Origin: Eledone cirrhosa | Lineage: Eukaryota | Assembly: GCA_964016885.1 (NCBI GenBank) | Contig: OZ024758.1 | Coordinates: forward strand, 32,426,001-32,490,000 | Length of the DNA: 64,000 nt | Reading direction: 5' to 3' | Part shown: positions 1 to 12,124 of the stretch, piece by piece | Layout: each line of letters starts with the position of its first letter | Position numbering within the stretch: the first letter of the stretch is position 1 | Notes under the pieces: generated by a model | Databases searched by the model: none | Seen by the model: the letters and a program-made list of their open reading frames with translations, nothing else | Told to the model about the DNA's origin: nothing | Made by a program: the position numbers and the translations under genes

Positions 1-13
1 ATACGAAGGAGCC

Positions 14-715
14 ATGGAGAAGTATAAGACCCTCATAGAACTGGACATGAAAGGAATTTGCCTATTATACGGGAGCAAATCATGGAATAGCTTAGATAGG
101 GCTAGACATAAGATAGGGAAAGCCACCTCATGGTACGACAACCAGAGATACCAGAGTGTCATGTTTGTGGACGCTACCCCTGGAGGGAAATTAGCTAACC
201 AGTGTAGAAAGGCCCTGAGAAAGACCCACTTAAAAATAAAGGTGGTAGAAAAGCCAGGAATCACCATAAACTCCCTGATCAGCAAAACCTACCCTTTTAA
301 GAAAACCCACTGTACCAATAGGAAATGTATCATATGTAAGGTGAACCCCCGGATAAACTGTAAAACTAGAAACGTAGTCTATAGCATAAGATGTACAGAG
401 GGTACTTGCAGAAACATGACAACAACATACATAGGTGAGACAGCTCGTAGCATAGGTGAAAGGATAGACCAACACTGGGGGGAACTAAAAGGACGAAAAA
501 ACGGGTCAGTACTATACGAACATGCCAGACAACAACATGACGGTAACATAGACAACATAGAAATTAGAAAAATACCTAAACATAGAAATGACCCAGCAGA
601 TAGGCAAATCAGAGAGGCCAGTGAAATAGAACTTAGAAGACCAAGACTAAACAGAAAGAATGAATGGAATAACAACAACACCCAAACAAACAACACTGAC
701 CTAAGAGAAGTATAA
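14..715 (+). mobile_element. Penelope-like retroelement, 3' part of ORF: Cys-rich linker plus GIY-YIG endonuclease (5' part outside window)
   Basis: ORF has C-x4-C-x2-C linker, NVVY...YIGETARSIGERIDQH (GIY-YIG), HARQQH and R-x3-EA...P-x-LN C-terminal motif. It is followed by (TAAA)n, an HHR-like motif at 973-1014 and a tail to ~1225 resembling 3117-3143. Confidence 0.9.
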
Positions 716-972
716 ATAAATAAATAAATAAAATAAAATAAATAAATAAATAGATAAATAAATAAATACATACACAAGCACAATAACAACAAACACATAA
801 ACACACACTAGTCACCCAATCACGAACACACATCACACATCAAACAAAACACTAAACGCATGCGCAAAGAAGACAAAATAAAATAAACAAACAAGCAAAT
901 AAATAAATAAATATATAGACAGACTTAATAAAAATGGCGTAGACATACAATGCAACGGGAGGAAACAATAGC

Positions 973-1014
973 ACCACTGACGATGTTGCAGATGTGCAAC
1001 GACAGATTTATGAT
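973..1014 (+). ncRNA. Degenerate type I hammerhead ribozyme in Penelope 3' region
   Basis: CTGACGA-T-GTTGCA(GATG)TGCAAC-GACA-GATTTA: perfect stem II, but the GAAA box reads GACA. Confidence 0.6.
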
Positions 1015-1243
1015 AAACTATATATATGTGTTTGTGTCTATATTGTATCTGTATTATTTTTGACCGTCGGTCAGTCAATGGCAACATTGAGGACCGAGTA
1101 AGTTAGATTACCGATATAAAAGACACAGAAGCGAAAAGCGAAAACCAACCAAACAGTGAGTGTGTTCTGTTATTAATTCTGGCAATATTACACAAATATG
1201 ACCCTCCCCAAGTATAACAATATATATACACACATATATATAT

Positions 1244-1302
<59 letters not shown>

Positions 1303-1312
1303 TATATATACA

Positions 1313-1646
1313 CATCATTTCATTTTACATCCGCTTTTTCCCTGCTTGCAAGGGTGGGACGGGAACTGATTCTGGCTTGATTTCTACAGCTGGATGCCCT
1401 TCCTAACACCAACCTCATTTACAGTGAGTGCTGGGTGCTTTTTTGCCATGGCACCTCCACGACCACTTTGCAGTGGAATTATATGGACCCCAGTCCCTAT
1501 CATCTCATTACTACAGCTGAGTAAACTGGAGCAATGTGAAATAAAGTGTCTTGCTCAAGGAAACAACACATCACCAGGTCTGAGAATTGAACTCACAACC
1601 TTTCGATTGCAAGCCCAATGCTCTAACCACTAAGCCATGTGCCTCC
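1313..1646 (-). mobile_element. tRNA-derived CORE-like SINE (family A)
   Basis: Reverse complement of the 5879 copy: A box TGGCTTAGTGG, B box GAGTTCAATTC, CORE-like CCTTGAGCAAGACACTTTATTTCACATTGCTCCAGTTTACTCAGCTGTA, RTE-type tail. Confidence 0.85.
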
Positions 1647-1659
1647 ATATATATATTCA

Positions 1660-2068
1660 TATACAGAAGACCCGCCTTGCCTAAGTAAAAAGTGAAACCT
1701 ACAGTCAGTAGGCACCTCCTAACCAAAAATACACTCCCATCACACTAACCCTACCCCAGCTCTTTCTCTGTAAAGTTATGTTGGTGCCACAACATCCATT
1801 TCTAAATAAATGAGGTCGTGTAGGTGTCACGACAATAAAAACACACAGTCCACGCTGTAATGTGGCCGTGTAGGTAACACGGTAAAAACCTCCCAGTCCG
1901 CACTGTAAACGTGGTTGGTATTAGGAAGGGCATCCAGCCATAGAAAACCCGCCAGACAGTCCTATACGAGCAAGACAACCAATTTTGCCTCACGTGGGAC
2001 AATTCCCGTCTAAACCCATGCTAGCGTGGAAGATAGACGTTAAACGATGATGATGATGATGATAATGA
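1660..2068 (+). mobile_element. RTE LINE 3' UTR fragment
   Basis: Similar to 48588-49025, which starts with RTE ORF end WRYAVIQKTR; ends in (GAT)n tail. Confidence 0.6.
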
Positions 2069-2074
2069 TATATA

Positions 2075-2598
2075 GATATATGGACATGTGATGCGTATGA
2101 AGGATGACAGCTGCATAAAAAGGTGCAGAGCACTAGAAGTCGATAGAAACCGCAGAGTGGGGAGACCCAAGAAGACCTGGGATGAGGTGATAAAAGCCGA
2201 CCTTACCCAATTACACCTCTCAAAGGCGATGACACACGACCGTGACCTCTGGCGTCACAGAGTACCCGACCTCCCATGGATACAAGCCAAAGCTGAAGCA
2301 TATAGACAATATGCCCCACACCCTTCCACTGCAAAGTGGTCGTGGAGGTGCCATGGCAAAAAAGCACCCAGCCCACACTGTAAAGTGGACGTGTAGGCGC
2401 CATGGAAAAAAAGCACCCAGCACTAACTGTAAACACAGGTTGGTGTCAGGAAGGGCATCCAGCTGTAGAAATCAAGCCAGAATCAGTTCCTGTATGAGCA
2501 AGACAAGGTCAGTCAACCAGACACTGCCCACAACCGCACAATCCGTTCAACCCATGCTAGCGTGGAAGAATGGACGTAAAACGGTGATGATAATGATG
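2075..2598 (+). mobile_element. 5'-truncated RTE LINE (ORF C-terminus plus 3' UTR)
   Basis: GHVMRM...GRPKKTWDEVIKADL...DRDLWR is a typical RTE C-terminus; 3' UTR with AAGGGCATCC module and (GAT)n tail. Confidence 0.8.
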
Positions 2599-2860
2599 AT
2601 ATATTCATATATATATAAATAGATATTCATATATATATATTCATATATTTCGTTTCTGAATTTGTTTCGCAAGATTCTTTATCTGAAAACGTGTGTTGAA
2701 AGCGATATTGTTATACTTTGGGAGGGTCATGTTGCCAATAAGAAACACACGCACCAGTTGCTTTCACTCCAATTTATTATAAATTAAATTTATAAATTTA
2801 AGAATTTATAAATTTCCGGTTGGTTGGTTGGTTCCACAACCGGACGGTTGTTCATATATT

Positions 2861-2903
2861 GTCAAAGTTCTTTCGTCACACTTTCTGTGACCTCTTCAGT
2901 GAC
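2861..2903 (-). ncRNA. Type I hammerhead ribozyme (minimal, Penelope-type)
   Basis: Minus strand GTCA-CTGAAGA-G-GTCACA(GAAAG)TGTGAC-GAAA-GAAC-TT-TGAC: both core boxes and stems I, II and short III present. Confidence 0.75.
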
Positions 2904-2962
2904 TGGGGATTCTTTTCTTTGTTTTGTGCCTCTCCTTTATTCTGTTCTGAAAAGAATCCCCA

Positions 2963-3005
2963 GTCACTGAAGAGGTCCCAGAATGTGTGACGAAAGAACT
3001 TTGAC
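2963..3005 (+). ncRNA. Type I hammerhead ribozyme (second arm copy)
   Basis: GTCA-CTGAAGA-G-GTCCCA(GAATG)TGTGAC-GAAA-GAACTT-TGAC; one stem II mismatch. Confidence 0.7.
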
Positions 3006-3150
3006 AATATATGAACAACCGTCCGGTTGTGGAACCAACCAACTGGAAATTTATAAATTTAATTTATAATAAATTGGAGTGAAAGCAACTGGTGCGTGTG
3101 TTTCTTATTGGCAACATGACCCTCCCAAAGAATAACAATATCGGTTTCGA

Positions 3151-5240
3151 CCCTGAAGTTCATCCAGTTTGACATAGATAGTTACTACGCCTCTATCTCC
3201 CCCATACTCTTAAATAAGGCACTCATATTAGCTAAATCTAACACTAGCCTCACTAAAAAAAGAAATAGACATAGTTCTAGCGGCACGTAGAACCATTATC
3301 CAGTTCGAAGTCTCCCACTGGACCAGAACCAACCGTCCTGATAACTTTGATATCACGATGGGGTCCAGCAACTCAGCGCAAGCAACTTACCTGGTTGGAA
3401 TATACCTTTTCCATAAGCTTAGGGACGAGATACCGGCCCTACAAGGAGGTGTATATAGGGACGACACCCTGTTTACCGTTAGGAGCCATAGCCCTCGTAG
3501 GATAGAGAACCTTAACAAGCATATACACAGGGTCTTCAAGTCATATGGCCTATCCGTAACTATAGACCTCAACCACCAGGTTGTCAACTTCCTGGACGTG
3601 ACCCTGGAGATGAGTACGGGCCTATACAAGCCATACCATAAGCCTGGAGAGAGCCTTTCTTATATTAATTATGCCTCCAACCACCCTAAGCAGACTCAAC
3701 TCCATAGTCTAGAGCATCTCACATAGAATCTCGAGGCTCTCCGCCAATGAGAATATCTTCAACCAAGCGGCAGATTACTACAATAGGGCCTTGATAAGCG
3801 CTGGCTTTAACCAAGGAATTTCCTACATCACTAATGCTAGCTCCAGAAACCACCCCCCTCATAAAACGAACGTTATAGTAAGCCATACCTATAACCGATC
3901 ACGCGGCGACTTCGTAGGAGTCGGATAAAATAGAATAGATAATCGCACTAAGGAACACGGCTGCAATGTTAATTACACTGGCGATGGTATAGGTAACTTA
4001 CCACACAATAAAGATCACGACCCCGGCGACAGTGACCACTGTAGCCTACTCGAATGATTCCCCTACTATAAAATCAACAAAGGCGACGGCCTACTACCAA
4101 CGCCTTCCAACCAACATCTTCCTGTACATGGAAGAGGTAGGAAGAGTGCACCCGAGCATAAAGTGAAAGGGGCACATAACGGGCTACAGTGCATTAACAT
4201 GCATAAGAATGGTCACCTTGATGGAACCACCCGTAGCAAACGCACACGGACACGTAATCGCCACCGTAACGTCCTATGGTTCCATCCCCCCTTCTCTCGA
4301 AGTGTGGCCTCCAACATACCCCGGATATTCTTCGAAGCCTTAGAGAAGAACTTCCCGCCCAACCATAGGTATAGATAAATCCTTAATAGGAACAATATAA
4401 AAATATCCTTCTCTACTACTCCTAACCTAGCAGACATCATAGGAACAACTAATCACAGTAAGATCACCAAGACACAGCACCTTAGCATATACGCACCTAC
4501 ACCTGACAATAACTATATCGGCCTTAATGACTCCCTAGCAGCATCCAATAGTGCTGGCAACAGCCTCTACAGACGCAACCAGAATAACTGCCACATGACT
4601 GGGGAACATGCAGGACATGATGTGCGGAATAATAATGGTACCACCCCGCGCACAGTGGGTTATAATGGTGCTAACGACAGGTGCGGGAGCGTAGATAACA
4701 ACGTAGATAGCAATAATGATAGCCTTACCGTGGGAATTAGAAGGGACCGTGACAGGGGACGCTGTCCCCTTAGAGGATACTGCTTGACTGATAGGGTTAT
4801 ATATAGGTGCACAGATACTTTGAGCTTGTTAATTGTAGGGTATCAATATGAGTTAATAACTCTGTATTTTATTTGTATTCGGCTCCCTAACTAGGTGAGC
4901 TTATAAGTTGAGTGTAATAAGGCTATTATTTCTAGCATACCCACTCACACCACATATAGCGTGCAACCCACGAGTTGTATTATTTATTCCTGTGAGTTGT
5001 TGTTAGATGTGTTTTGTTTCATTTGATCTTATCTCTCGCTGAGGAAAGCCTACGGATTATCTTTTACAAACACAATTTTCAGATTAAATCTCTAATCTGT
5101 CCGAGAGATGAAATGGTTATTGATACGGTCTGTATATAATTTTATATCCTACTGTATGTTTCAGGTTAAATATATAAAACATTTGTGGCATTCTCTACCC
5201 TCGTAATTTTAGACACAGAATTTATTGTTTATGTCTACAT
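3151..5240 (+). mobile_element. Degraded Penelope-like element (RT, linker, start of GIY-YIG, 3' tail)
   Basis: LKFIQFDIDSYYASI (RT motif A), TMGS, GVYRDD, VNFLDVTL, YINYASNHP, WFHPPFSRSVASNI, CPLRGYCLTDRVIY; frameshifts and stops; HHR remnant at 5031-5109. Confidence 0.85.
5031..5109 (+). ncRNA. Hammerhead remnant lacking the GAAA box
   Basis: Stem I ATCTCTCG/CGAGAGAT, CTGAGGA, stem III CAGATTA/TAATCTG and GUC site are intact; the 3' side of stem II and GAAA are missing. Confidence 0.65.
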
Positions 5241-5368
5241 ATATTATTATATATATATGGTAATTGTTCCAAATCTTAGTCAACATATTACAGGGATTGT
5301 TGCAGGTTTATTTTTTGTCCCCCAATCCTCCCAACAACCACAACTTTAGCAAAGGAGTTTGGGTTTAA

Positions 5369-5802
5369 CCCTTTAGCATTTACATAAGGATAAATATATA
5401 TCAAATTTATAAAAACCATAGAGCAAATATTTATTAAAATAACAGATTACAGTTTAAACAAAGAATCGCTGCTTTCACCCTTAAGGGATCTTCTGAAACA
5501 GGAGTTTCAGAAGATCCCATTAAGAGTGAAAGCAGCGATTCTTTTCTTACTTTTTAATCTGTTATTTTAATAAATATATATATATATATAATTGGTGGAA
5601 GGAATATAGTGAAAAATATTTTTACTATTGTATTTTCATGGTAAAAGCTTTATCTAACATAATAGTGAATCTAAGAGATTTTGATATTATTTATTCTGAG
5701 AACAATACCTTAACATCACTATGAATGTCTAGTTACGGCCGATTTGAACAGAATGGGGTGAGAGAATTTTGGCTGGATACAGCCAGTTTGAATGCTAAAG
5801 GG
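5369..5802. mobile_element. TTAA-flanked piggyBac-like MITE carrying a ~240-bp insertion
   Basis: TTAA-CCCTTTAGCATT...AATGCTAAAGGG-TTAA; body matches copies at ~18160-18354, 48570-49393 and ~54825-55040. Confidence 0.8.
5427..5577. repeat. Hairpin with HHR-like motif (copy 1; identical copy inside 6989-7228)
   Basis: Palindrome centred on AGGA (5500-5503); arms read CAGAAGA-TCCC..GGGT-GAAA-GCAGC; unfolded relative at ~20833-21090. Confidence 0.8.
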
Positions 5803-5878
5803 TTAAATTAAATATAATAAATATTTCATGTGTTCAAATGTATAAAATATTTGCTGTGGAAATGTTAGATATTGTCAT

Positions 5879-6218
5879 GGAGGCACATGGCTTAGTGGTT
5901 AGATCATTGGCCTTGCAATCGAAAGGTTGTGAGTTAAATTCTGAGACCGGGTGATGTGTTGTTTCCTTGAGCAAGACACTTTATTTCACATTGCTCCAGT
6001 TTACTCAGCTGTAGAAATGAGATGATAGGGACTGGGGTCCCTATCATTCCACTGCAAAGTGGTCGTGGAGATGCCATGGCAAAAAAGCACCCAGCACTCA
6101 CTGTGAATGAGGTAGGTGTTAGGAAGGGCATCCAGCTGTAGAAATCAAGCCAGAATCAGTTCCCGTCCCACCCTTGCAAGCAGGGAAAAGTGGACATAAA
6201 ATGATGATGATGATGATG
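5879..6218 (+). mobile_element. tRNA-derived CORE-like SINE (family A), full length
   Basis: GGAGGCACATGGCTTAGTGG head, B-box region, CORE-like block, tail ending in (GAT)n. Confidence 0.85.
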
Positions 6219-6849
6219 TCATACATAGTAGATATCATAGTAGATATTACAGACTTCCTGTGGATTATTACTGCACAAGGTATTATTATTGGTATTGCAT
6301 CAATAAGACATTAATGTGAAATTATAAGACAGAACATTTTTATCTAGCATTAGAAACTTTACAAAGTCACTTGAAGGTAAGTTAGTGGCAGAAAGCAGCC
6401 CTAAATGATATTCTTAGGTAAGAAACCTCAAAATTACAGACGAGAGAAAATGAGAAGTTGTGGTGTTCACATATTTACTACTTCCATTAACAGGAGGAGA
6501 GGCTCCAACTGACAATCAAAACCAGGAAGTAAATGCCATAGCTGAAAATTAATTGCTGTTCCATAGATATTAATAGATATTAATTTTATATATAGGATTG
6601 AAGTCAGATTTGAAAAGGAGAGAATATGGAATGTGATATTCCCTCTAATACTGACTTCTCACATTGACATAAGGGCACATATTTATAGCAAAGTATTTTG
6701 CCAATTCAATCAATTGCAACACATGTGTGATATTTTCATTTATCCAAAAGAACATCGAATGAAAATTAGGCAAAATATTTTGTCTAATGTTCAACTGATT
6801 CTAACATTCTAAGTATTTAAATACTGATTGTAACATAGGGAGAAGGCCA

Positions 6850-6880
<31 letters not shown>

Positions 6881-6882
<2 letters not shown>

Positions 6883-6921
6883 TACGAGCTGAGGATCCGC
6901 TAAGGTGAAACAATTGTGTAA
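6881..6921 (+). ncRNA. Hammerhead remnant in (TA)n
   Basis: ATTACGAG-CTGAGGA-TCC(GCTAA)GGT-GAAA-CAATTG-T-GTAA: palindromic stem III; cleavage nucleotide and first stem I bases apparently deleted. Confidence 0.6.
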
Positions 6922-6962
6922 CCACTTCTACATATATATATATATATATATATAATAAATGA

Positions 6963-7228
6963 GAAGACTAAAATCCGAAGAGGGCTCGATAAGGATAAAT
7001 ATATATCAAATTTATAAAAACCATAGAGCAAATATTTATTAAAATAACAGATTACAGTTTAAACAAAGAATCGCTGCTTTCACCCTTAAGGGATCTTCTG
7101 AAACAGGAGTTTCAGAAGATCCCATTAAGAGTGAAAGCAGCGATTCTTTTCTTACTTTTTAATCTGTTATTTTAATAAATATATATATATATATAATTGG
7201 TGGAAGGAATATAGTGAAAAATATTTTT
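6963..7228. repeat. Fold-back element in (TA)n (likely donor of the 5384-5623 duplicate)
   Basis: 6989-7228 reads identical to 5384-5623; its 5' part matches 20833-20905. Confidence 0.8.
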
Positions 7229-7327
7229 TTCATTTCATTACAAAAATATGTATTTTTCTTCAGCAGCGACATTACCTATATGTTTATTATATGTCAGCAT
7301 ATTATATGTTTTCATATTATATATGTA

Positions 7328-7517
7328 TATATACTACTAAAAGTCTGTGATTGCTTGCTTGTCTGTAATGTAATACAGCCAAAATACTAATGTAATACAG
7401 GGAAAATACTTTGAAAGGAAGTTGACCCTGAAAAGAGAATACAAATAGTAAAACAAGTTTCGCATAAATTGGAGCATGTGTTCCCGAGATATGGGGTTTC
7501 TGGGTACCTTCATAAAT

Positions 7518-7555
<38 letters not shown>

Positions 7556-7895
7556 GGAGAGAGAGAGAGAGAGGGAGGAAGAGATAGTGGTTGTGAGAGA
7601 GTAGATTCAAAGAGAGACATAAAGAGAGGGAGAGGAGACAGAGAAGGAGAATGGAAGAGAGAGAGAGAGAGAGAGAGCGATCTGGTGGTGGTGTTGTGTA
7701 AATATATATGTGTGTGTGTCTAGACCAGTGTATATAGATCACAGACATCCACATATATATACACATGTATACACACACGTATATATATATGGGCCTTCCA
7801 GTTTCATTTCACATTATATACATGTCTGTGTATATTTTAATTATTTAAAAATTATTTTTAAGTGAACATGACCCACCGGGTCACGGGTGGTCTGG
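7328..7895 (+). mobile_element. Possible non-autonomous Helitron-type element with internal (GA)n
   Basis: 5' TATACTACTAAAAG...TGTCTGT resembles the 22169 element; 3' GC hairpin GACCC-ACC-GGGTC followed by CTGG-T. Confidence 0.35.
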
Positions 7896-8353
7896 TATAT
7901 ATATATTTAGGGAGAGGTATAATCAATTATAAAAAGGGAGTATTTGACTAGTAACATCAGGAAGAATGAAAGGCAAAGATTCCCTTGACAAGATTTGAAA
8001 TCAGAATGTAAAAGTTCAAAACAAAATAATGTAGCATCTGCTTTACTAATTCTGCCAATCTTCTCCACAAAAAAAGAAAAGAAAAAAGAAAAAAAAACTG
8101 CAAAAAATATAACTAATTAATAAAAAAAACATTAGCAGAAGTGAAATACTGATTTCATTTAAAAAAAATTTATATTGGTTAAGTAATGAGACTGTAAAGA
8201 ATTTCAAAGAGATATTAATTATTATGCAATAGTCAACAACTATATATATGTATATAAATTTTGAGTATATGTTGGTGGTTGACCGACACCTCAGTATGCA
8301 GATTGGAGCACTCGACGTAGTACGCAGGTTGGTTTGTTTACTCCGGAGTAATG

Positions 8354-9168
8354 TAAAATAATTAAGTCAAATATGTAAAATTTGGCTTCGTTTATTATAA
8401 ATTATAGATATACTGTTATATATATATATAGATATACTGTTATATATATATATAGATATACTGTTATATATATATATAGATATACTGTTATATATATATA
8501 TAGATATACTGTTATATATATATATAGATATACTGTTATATATATATATAGATATACTGTTATATATATATATATAGATATACTGTTATATATATATATA
8601 GATATACTGTTATATATATATATAGATATACTGTTATATATATATATAGATATACTGTTATATATATATATAGATATACTGTTATATATATATATAGATA
8701 TACTGTTATATATATATATATAGATATACTGTTATATATATATATAGATATACTGTTATATATATATATAGATATACTGTTATATATATATATATAGATA
8801 TACTGTTATATATATATATAGATATACTGTTATATATATATATAGATATACTGTTATATATATATATAGATATACTGTTATATATATATATAGATATACT
8901 GTTATATATATATATAGATATACTGTTATATATATTTTGGTGACAGCCATCATTGGAAAGACAGATACACATGTTGTTGAAGTCTGTTTTACTCCATCAA
9001 TACATCGATATGTCCAGCTCCTAGTTGTGCTGTTATTCCTCTGAGGAACTGGAATCAGTTCCTCAGAGGTGACAGCCAATGATGGCTGTCACCGAAATAT
9101 ATATAGCTGTATATCTATAATTTATAATAAACTAAGCCAAATTTTACATATTTGACTTAATTATTTTA
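8354..9168. repeat. Fold-back element (arms 8354-8956 and 9076-9168) with HHR remnant and inner palindrome 9038-9069
   Basis: Arms are reverse complements apart from the tandem expansion; the right side has GGTGACAGCCA(ATGA)TGGCTGTCACC-GAAA-TATATATA. Confidence 0.8.
8407..8935. repeat. 24/26-bp minisatellite (GATATACTGT-TATA...), ~22 copies
   Basis: Directly visible tandem array. Confidence 0.95.
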
Positions 9169-10954
9169 TATATATATATATATATATTATATATGCATAT
9201 ATATATATGTGTGTATACTGTTTATATAACTATATATAGTGTATATAATATATATACATAGTAAATATGCAGATGATACATTGTATAATGTTGTTTATAT
9301 GTATATATGACTTTTTTGTAATATAAATTACTTTGAAATGGCTGAAATGCAATGTTCAAAATATACAATTAATAATAAAGAAAATAACAATTAAACCTGC
9401 AGTACAAACAAATAAGATAAACTGGGATTAATATACCCCCATCCTCAACTGGGATTAATGTACCCCTCTCCAAAAAAAACAAATAAAAAAACAATAAAAA
9501 ACAGTGCTGTAATGAAGTATCAAATGAAAATCGTGAGTTGAAACATGTATTAAAAGAACATTGTATTTCAATACTATGTATTGAAACGTCTGTGTTATGT
9601 GTAAGTCAGTCCTCCATTTTAATACATTTACAATATATTTTGAATTGAAGTTTTGTAGTATCCTGTAGGTAAGCTGCATTCTGGTTTTTGAGGTCATATT
9701 TTTGTGGAAAAAGATGTTACTTACACACAAGTGTATATGATATATACAATATAATTCATATACATACACAAACACACACATATATATATATATACACACA
9801 CACATATGTGTGTGTGTATATATATTGTATACAAAATGATTATGATTTTATATATATATATATACACACATATATCTATTTACATAAGTTAACCTCCCAT
9901 TGTCAATAGCCATGTTTGATTTATGTAATCAGAATCTCCTGATCTGTCTGTTATATCTCTGTGAGTACCAAATGTTCCCACTCCAAATAGCCACTTTATA
10001 AATATTGCAGAGTCCAAATCCTATTTGTATGTTCTTCAAATTTAAAGGCTTCTACATCAAATACAGTAAGGATGATTAATTTAGACATGATATTGGAAAT
10101 TTGGAATCCCAATCTCAGATACATGACCAATAATCGATCTATGAGTAATATGAGTTGAGTGTTATTGAAGGGTCAGAAGTCATCAACAGTGGAGATAAAG
10201 AAATCAGGCTTTTAATAGGAGGGTTGGCGATACAGATATTCTGTTTGTTTTTGTTTTGAGTGAAGTATTTGACAGTATGGCTTTACACAAAGAATATTTC
10301 ATCTCATCTGGATATTGAATTGATGAGTGAAAAATAATTTTGCTGCACTAGGATTAAAATAGGATTGGTTTTTAGTCCTCTAAATCAAAAGAGATTTCAG
10401 GAATTAGTGTAGTATCAACTGGAAGGTAAAAGTGGTGGGATTGGAACATATAGTGATTAAATTAAAGACACAAAACAAATTTTTAAAACAGTAGGGGAAA
10501 AAAATAGGACACAAGTAGCAAGCAACATGGAACTCAAAAAATAGGACACAAGTAACAGGAAACATGGAACTCAAAAAGAACATAGAAAAGAAAGAATCAA
10601 ATAAATAATATATATGGAAATGCAGAAAAGTTATGTGAATAAAGACAGATTTGCTCACCAGATGATTATCAATCAACTAACTGAAATTTATCCACTAAAA
10701 CATTACAAATATTGTTTTGGATTTTTTTAGCTCTTTTGTGTATGTGTGTGTGATGTCTGAATGAATATCCTCCACCTCTTGGTCCTGGCTGACAGGATGG
10801 AGAATATATTGCCCCAGAGGATGGCAAGGGAGATGTGCTGGAATAACCACTCCACCTCACACCTGCAGGCAGCCAACTCTGCTTTGATAGCAGCAGGCAA
10901 ATGAAATGAAGGTAATGCAATGTTTTGGTTTTGTGAATCAAGTAAATAATAATA

Positions 10955-11136
10955 ATAATTGTTTCTACTTTAGGCACAAGGCCAGCAAATACTCAGTACA
11001 TTACTGGTATTTTATTTTATCGACCCCGTAAAGATGAAAGGCAAAGTTAACCTCGGCAGGATTTGAACTCAGAATGGCAAGGGCCGTAACTCTATGCTAC
11101 AAAGCATGGTGTGTAACCCTCTACCGATACTGCCAA
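10955..11136 (-). mobile_element. tRNA-derived SINE (family B)
   Basis: Reverse complement of the 55805 copy; GCCTTTCATC..GGGGTCGATAAAATAAA central block. Confidence 0.8.
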
Positions 11137-11154
11137 TAATAATAATAATAATAT

Positions 11155-11890
11155 CATCATTAGTTTATGTGTTTTTCCATGCTTGCATATAGATTAGATA
11201 GGTTTTCTACAACACAACACCTTACCATTTGTTGCAGTTCTTTGACATATCCTTTGTGAATTTCAGCTTCTTGAGATCAGCTGTCACTATTTCTTTTTAT
11301 GCTATCCATGTTCTTTCTCTTCCATAGGTTCTTTCCACTTGGATCATTTGGCACTTATTTAACATTTGTCATCCTCCACAATGCCAATAGAAGCCCCTTA
11401 TTCTCTCCAGTACTTCTGATTCCTTTTATTCCTAGTTTTTCTATCAGTTCACTTCTGTTTCATTGTTTAGGCACTCTAATAAGCTTCCCTAATTTCTTTC
11501 CAGCCTTTGTAAAGCCTCTAAATACAATGTCCATGTTTTGATACAATGCAGCATTGTACTTCATATATAAGCATCATACACTCTATCCTTTAGTCAGAGA
11601 GAGAATCCTTATGTTCTTATGGTGGTAACAATGCTTTCAAAACACTCACTCTACAGCTAACAAGGCCACAAAAGTAACAAAAGCTATTAAGTAATTCTTA
11701 GGACCTTTCCAAGCATTTGAAAGAATTTCTTCCATGAGTGCTAATACTGCTAACTACACCTGTGCAATTCCTACGTATGAAGTCCTTCTTTTCTGTTAAC
11801 CTGCTGAGATCCCATGACACTTCTTGTGCATCCATAGTCTAAATTAAGTATAGAATTCCTGTTAATTCCCCTTTTTTGGCACACTGTGCA
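11155..11890 (-). mobile_element. Highly decayed RTE LINE 3' portion
   Basis: Minus strand LWMHKKCHGI matches the Cys/His segment of the 13779-15460 RTE; RTE-like tail near 11160. Confidence 0.5.
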
Positions 11891-11999
11891 GAGTCACTTC
11901 TCAAATGCTATCAATAATAAATTGTTTTCTCTGTATGCTGGACTAAATATCAACTTTGTGTTTCTAAAGCAGATGACATATTTATGTAAGTAAATATGC

Positions 12000-12000
<1 letters not shown>

Positions 12001-12030
<30 letters not shown>

Positions 12031-12050
12031 TGTATGTGTGGGTGTGTATG

Positions 12051-12117
<67 letters not shown>

Positions 12118-12124
12118 ATGTATG
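12001..12124. repeat. (TATG)n/(TG)n compound microsatellite
   Basis: Directly visible. Confidence 0.95.

Larger units (their letters stand above)
2703..3143. repeat. Fold-back inverted repeat (arms ~2703-2917 and 2949-3143) from a Penelope terminal repeat
   Basis: Arms are near-perfect reverse complements with a 31-nt loop, each carries an HHR, and the repeat abuts the Penelope RT remnant. Confidence 0.9.

Noticed and set aside
716-1225. SECIS element (selenoprotein-type Penelope)
   Set aside because: No in-frame TGA in the visible ORF and no convincing SECIS stem-loop by eye.
5879-5950. tRNA genes at SINE heads (also 27941, 35679, 55805)
   Set aside because: A and B boxes are present but run into SINE bodies; no complete cloverleaf recognised.
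6494-6528. Plus-strand micro-exon between cag and gtaaat
   Set aside because: Isolated splice-like signals with no partner exons or homology.
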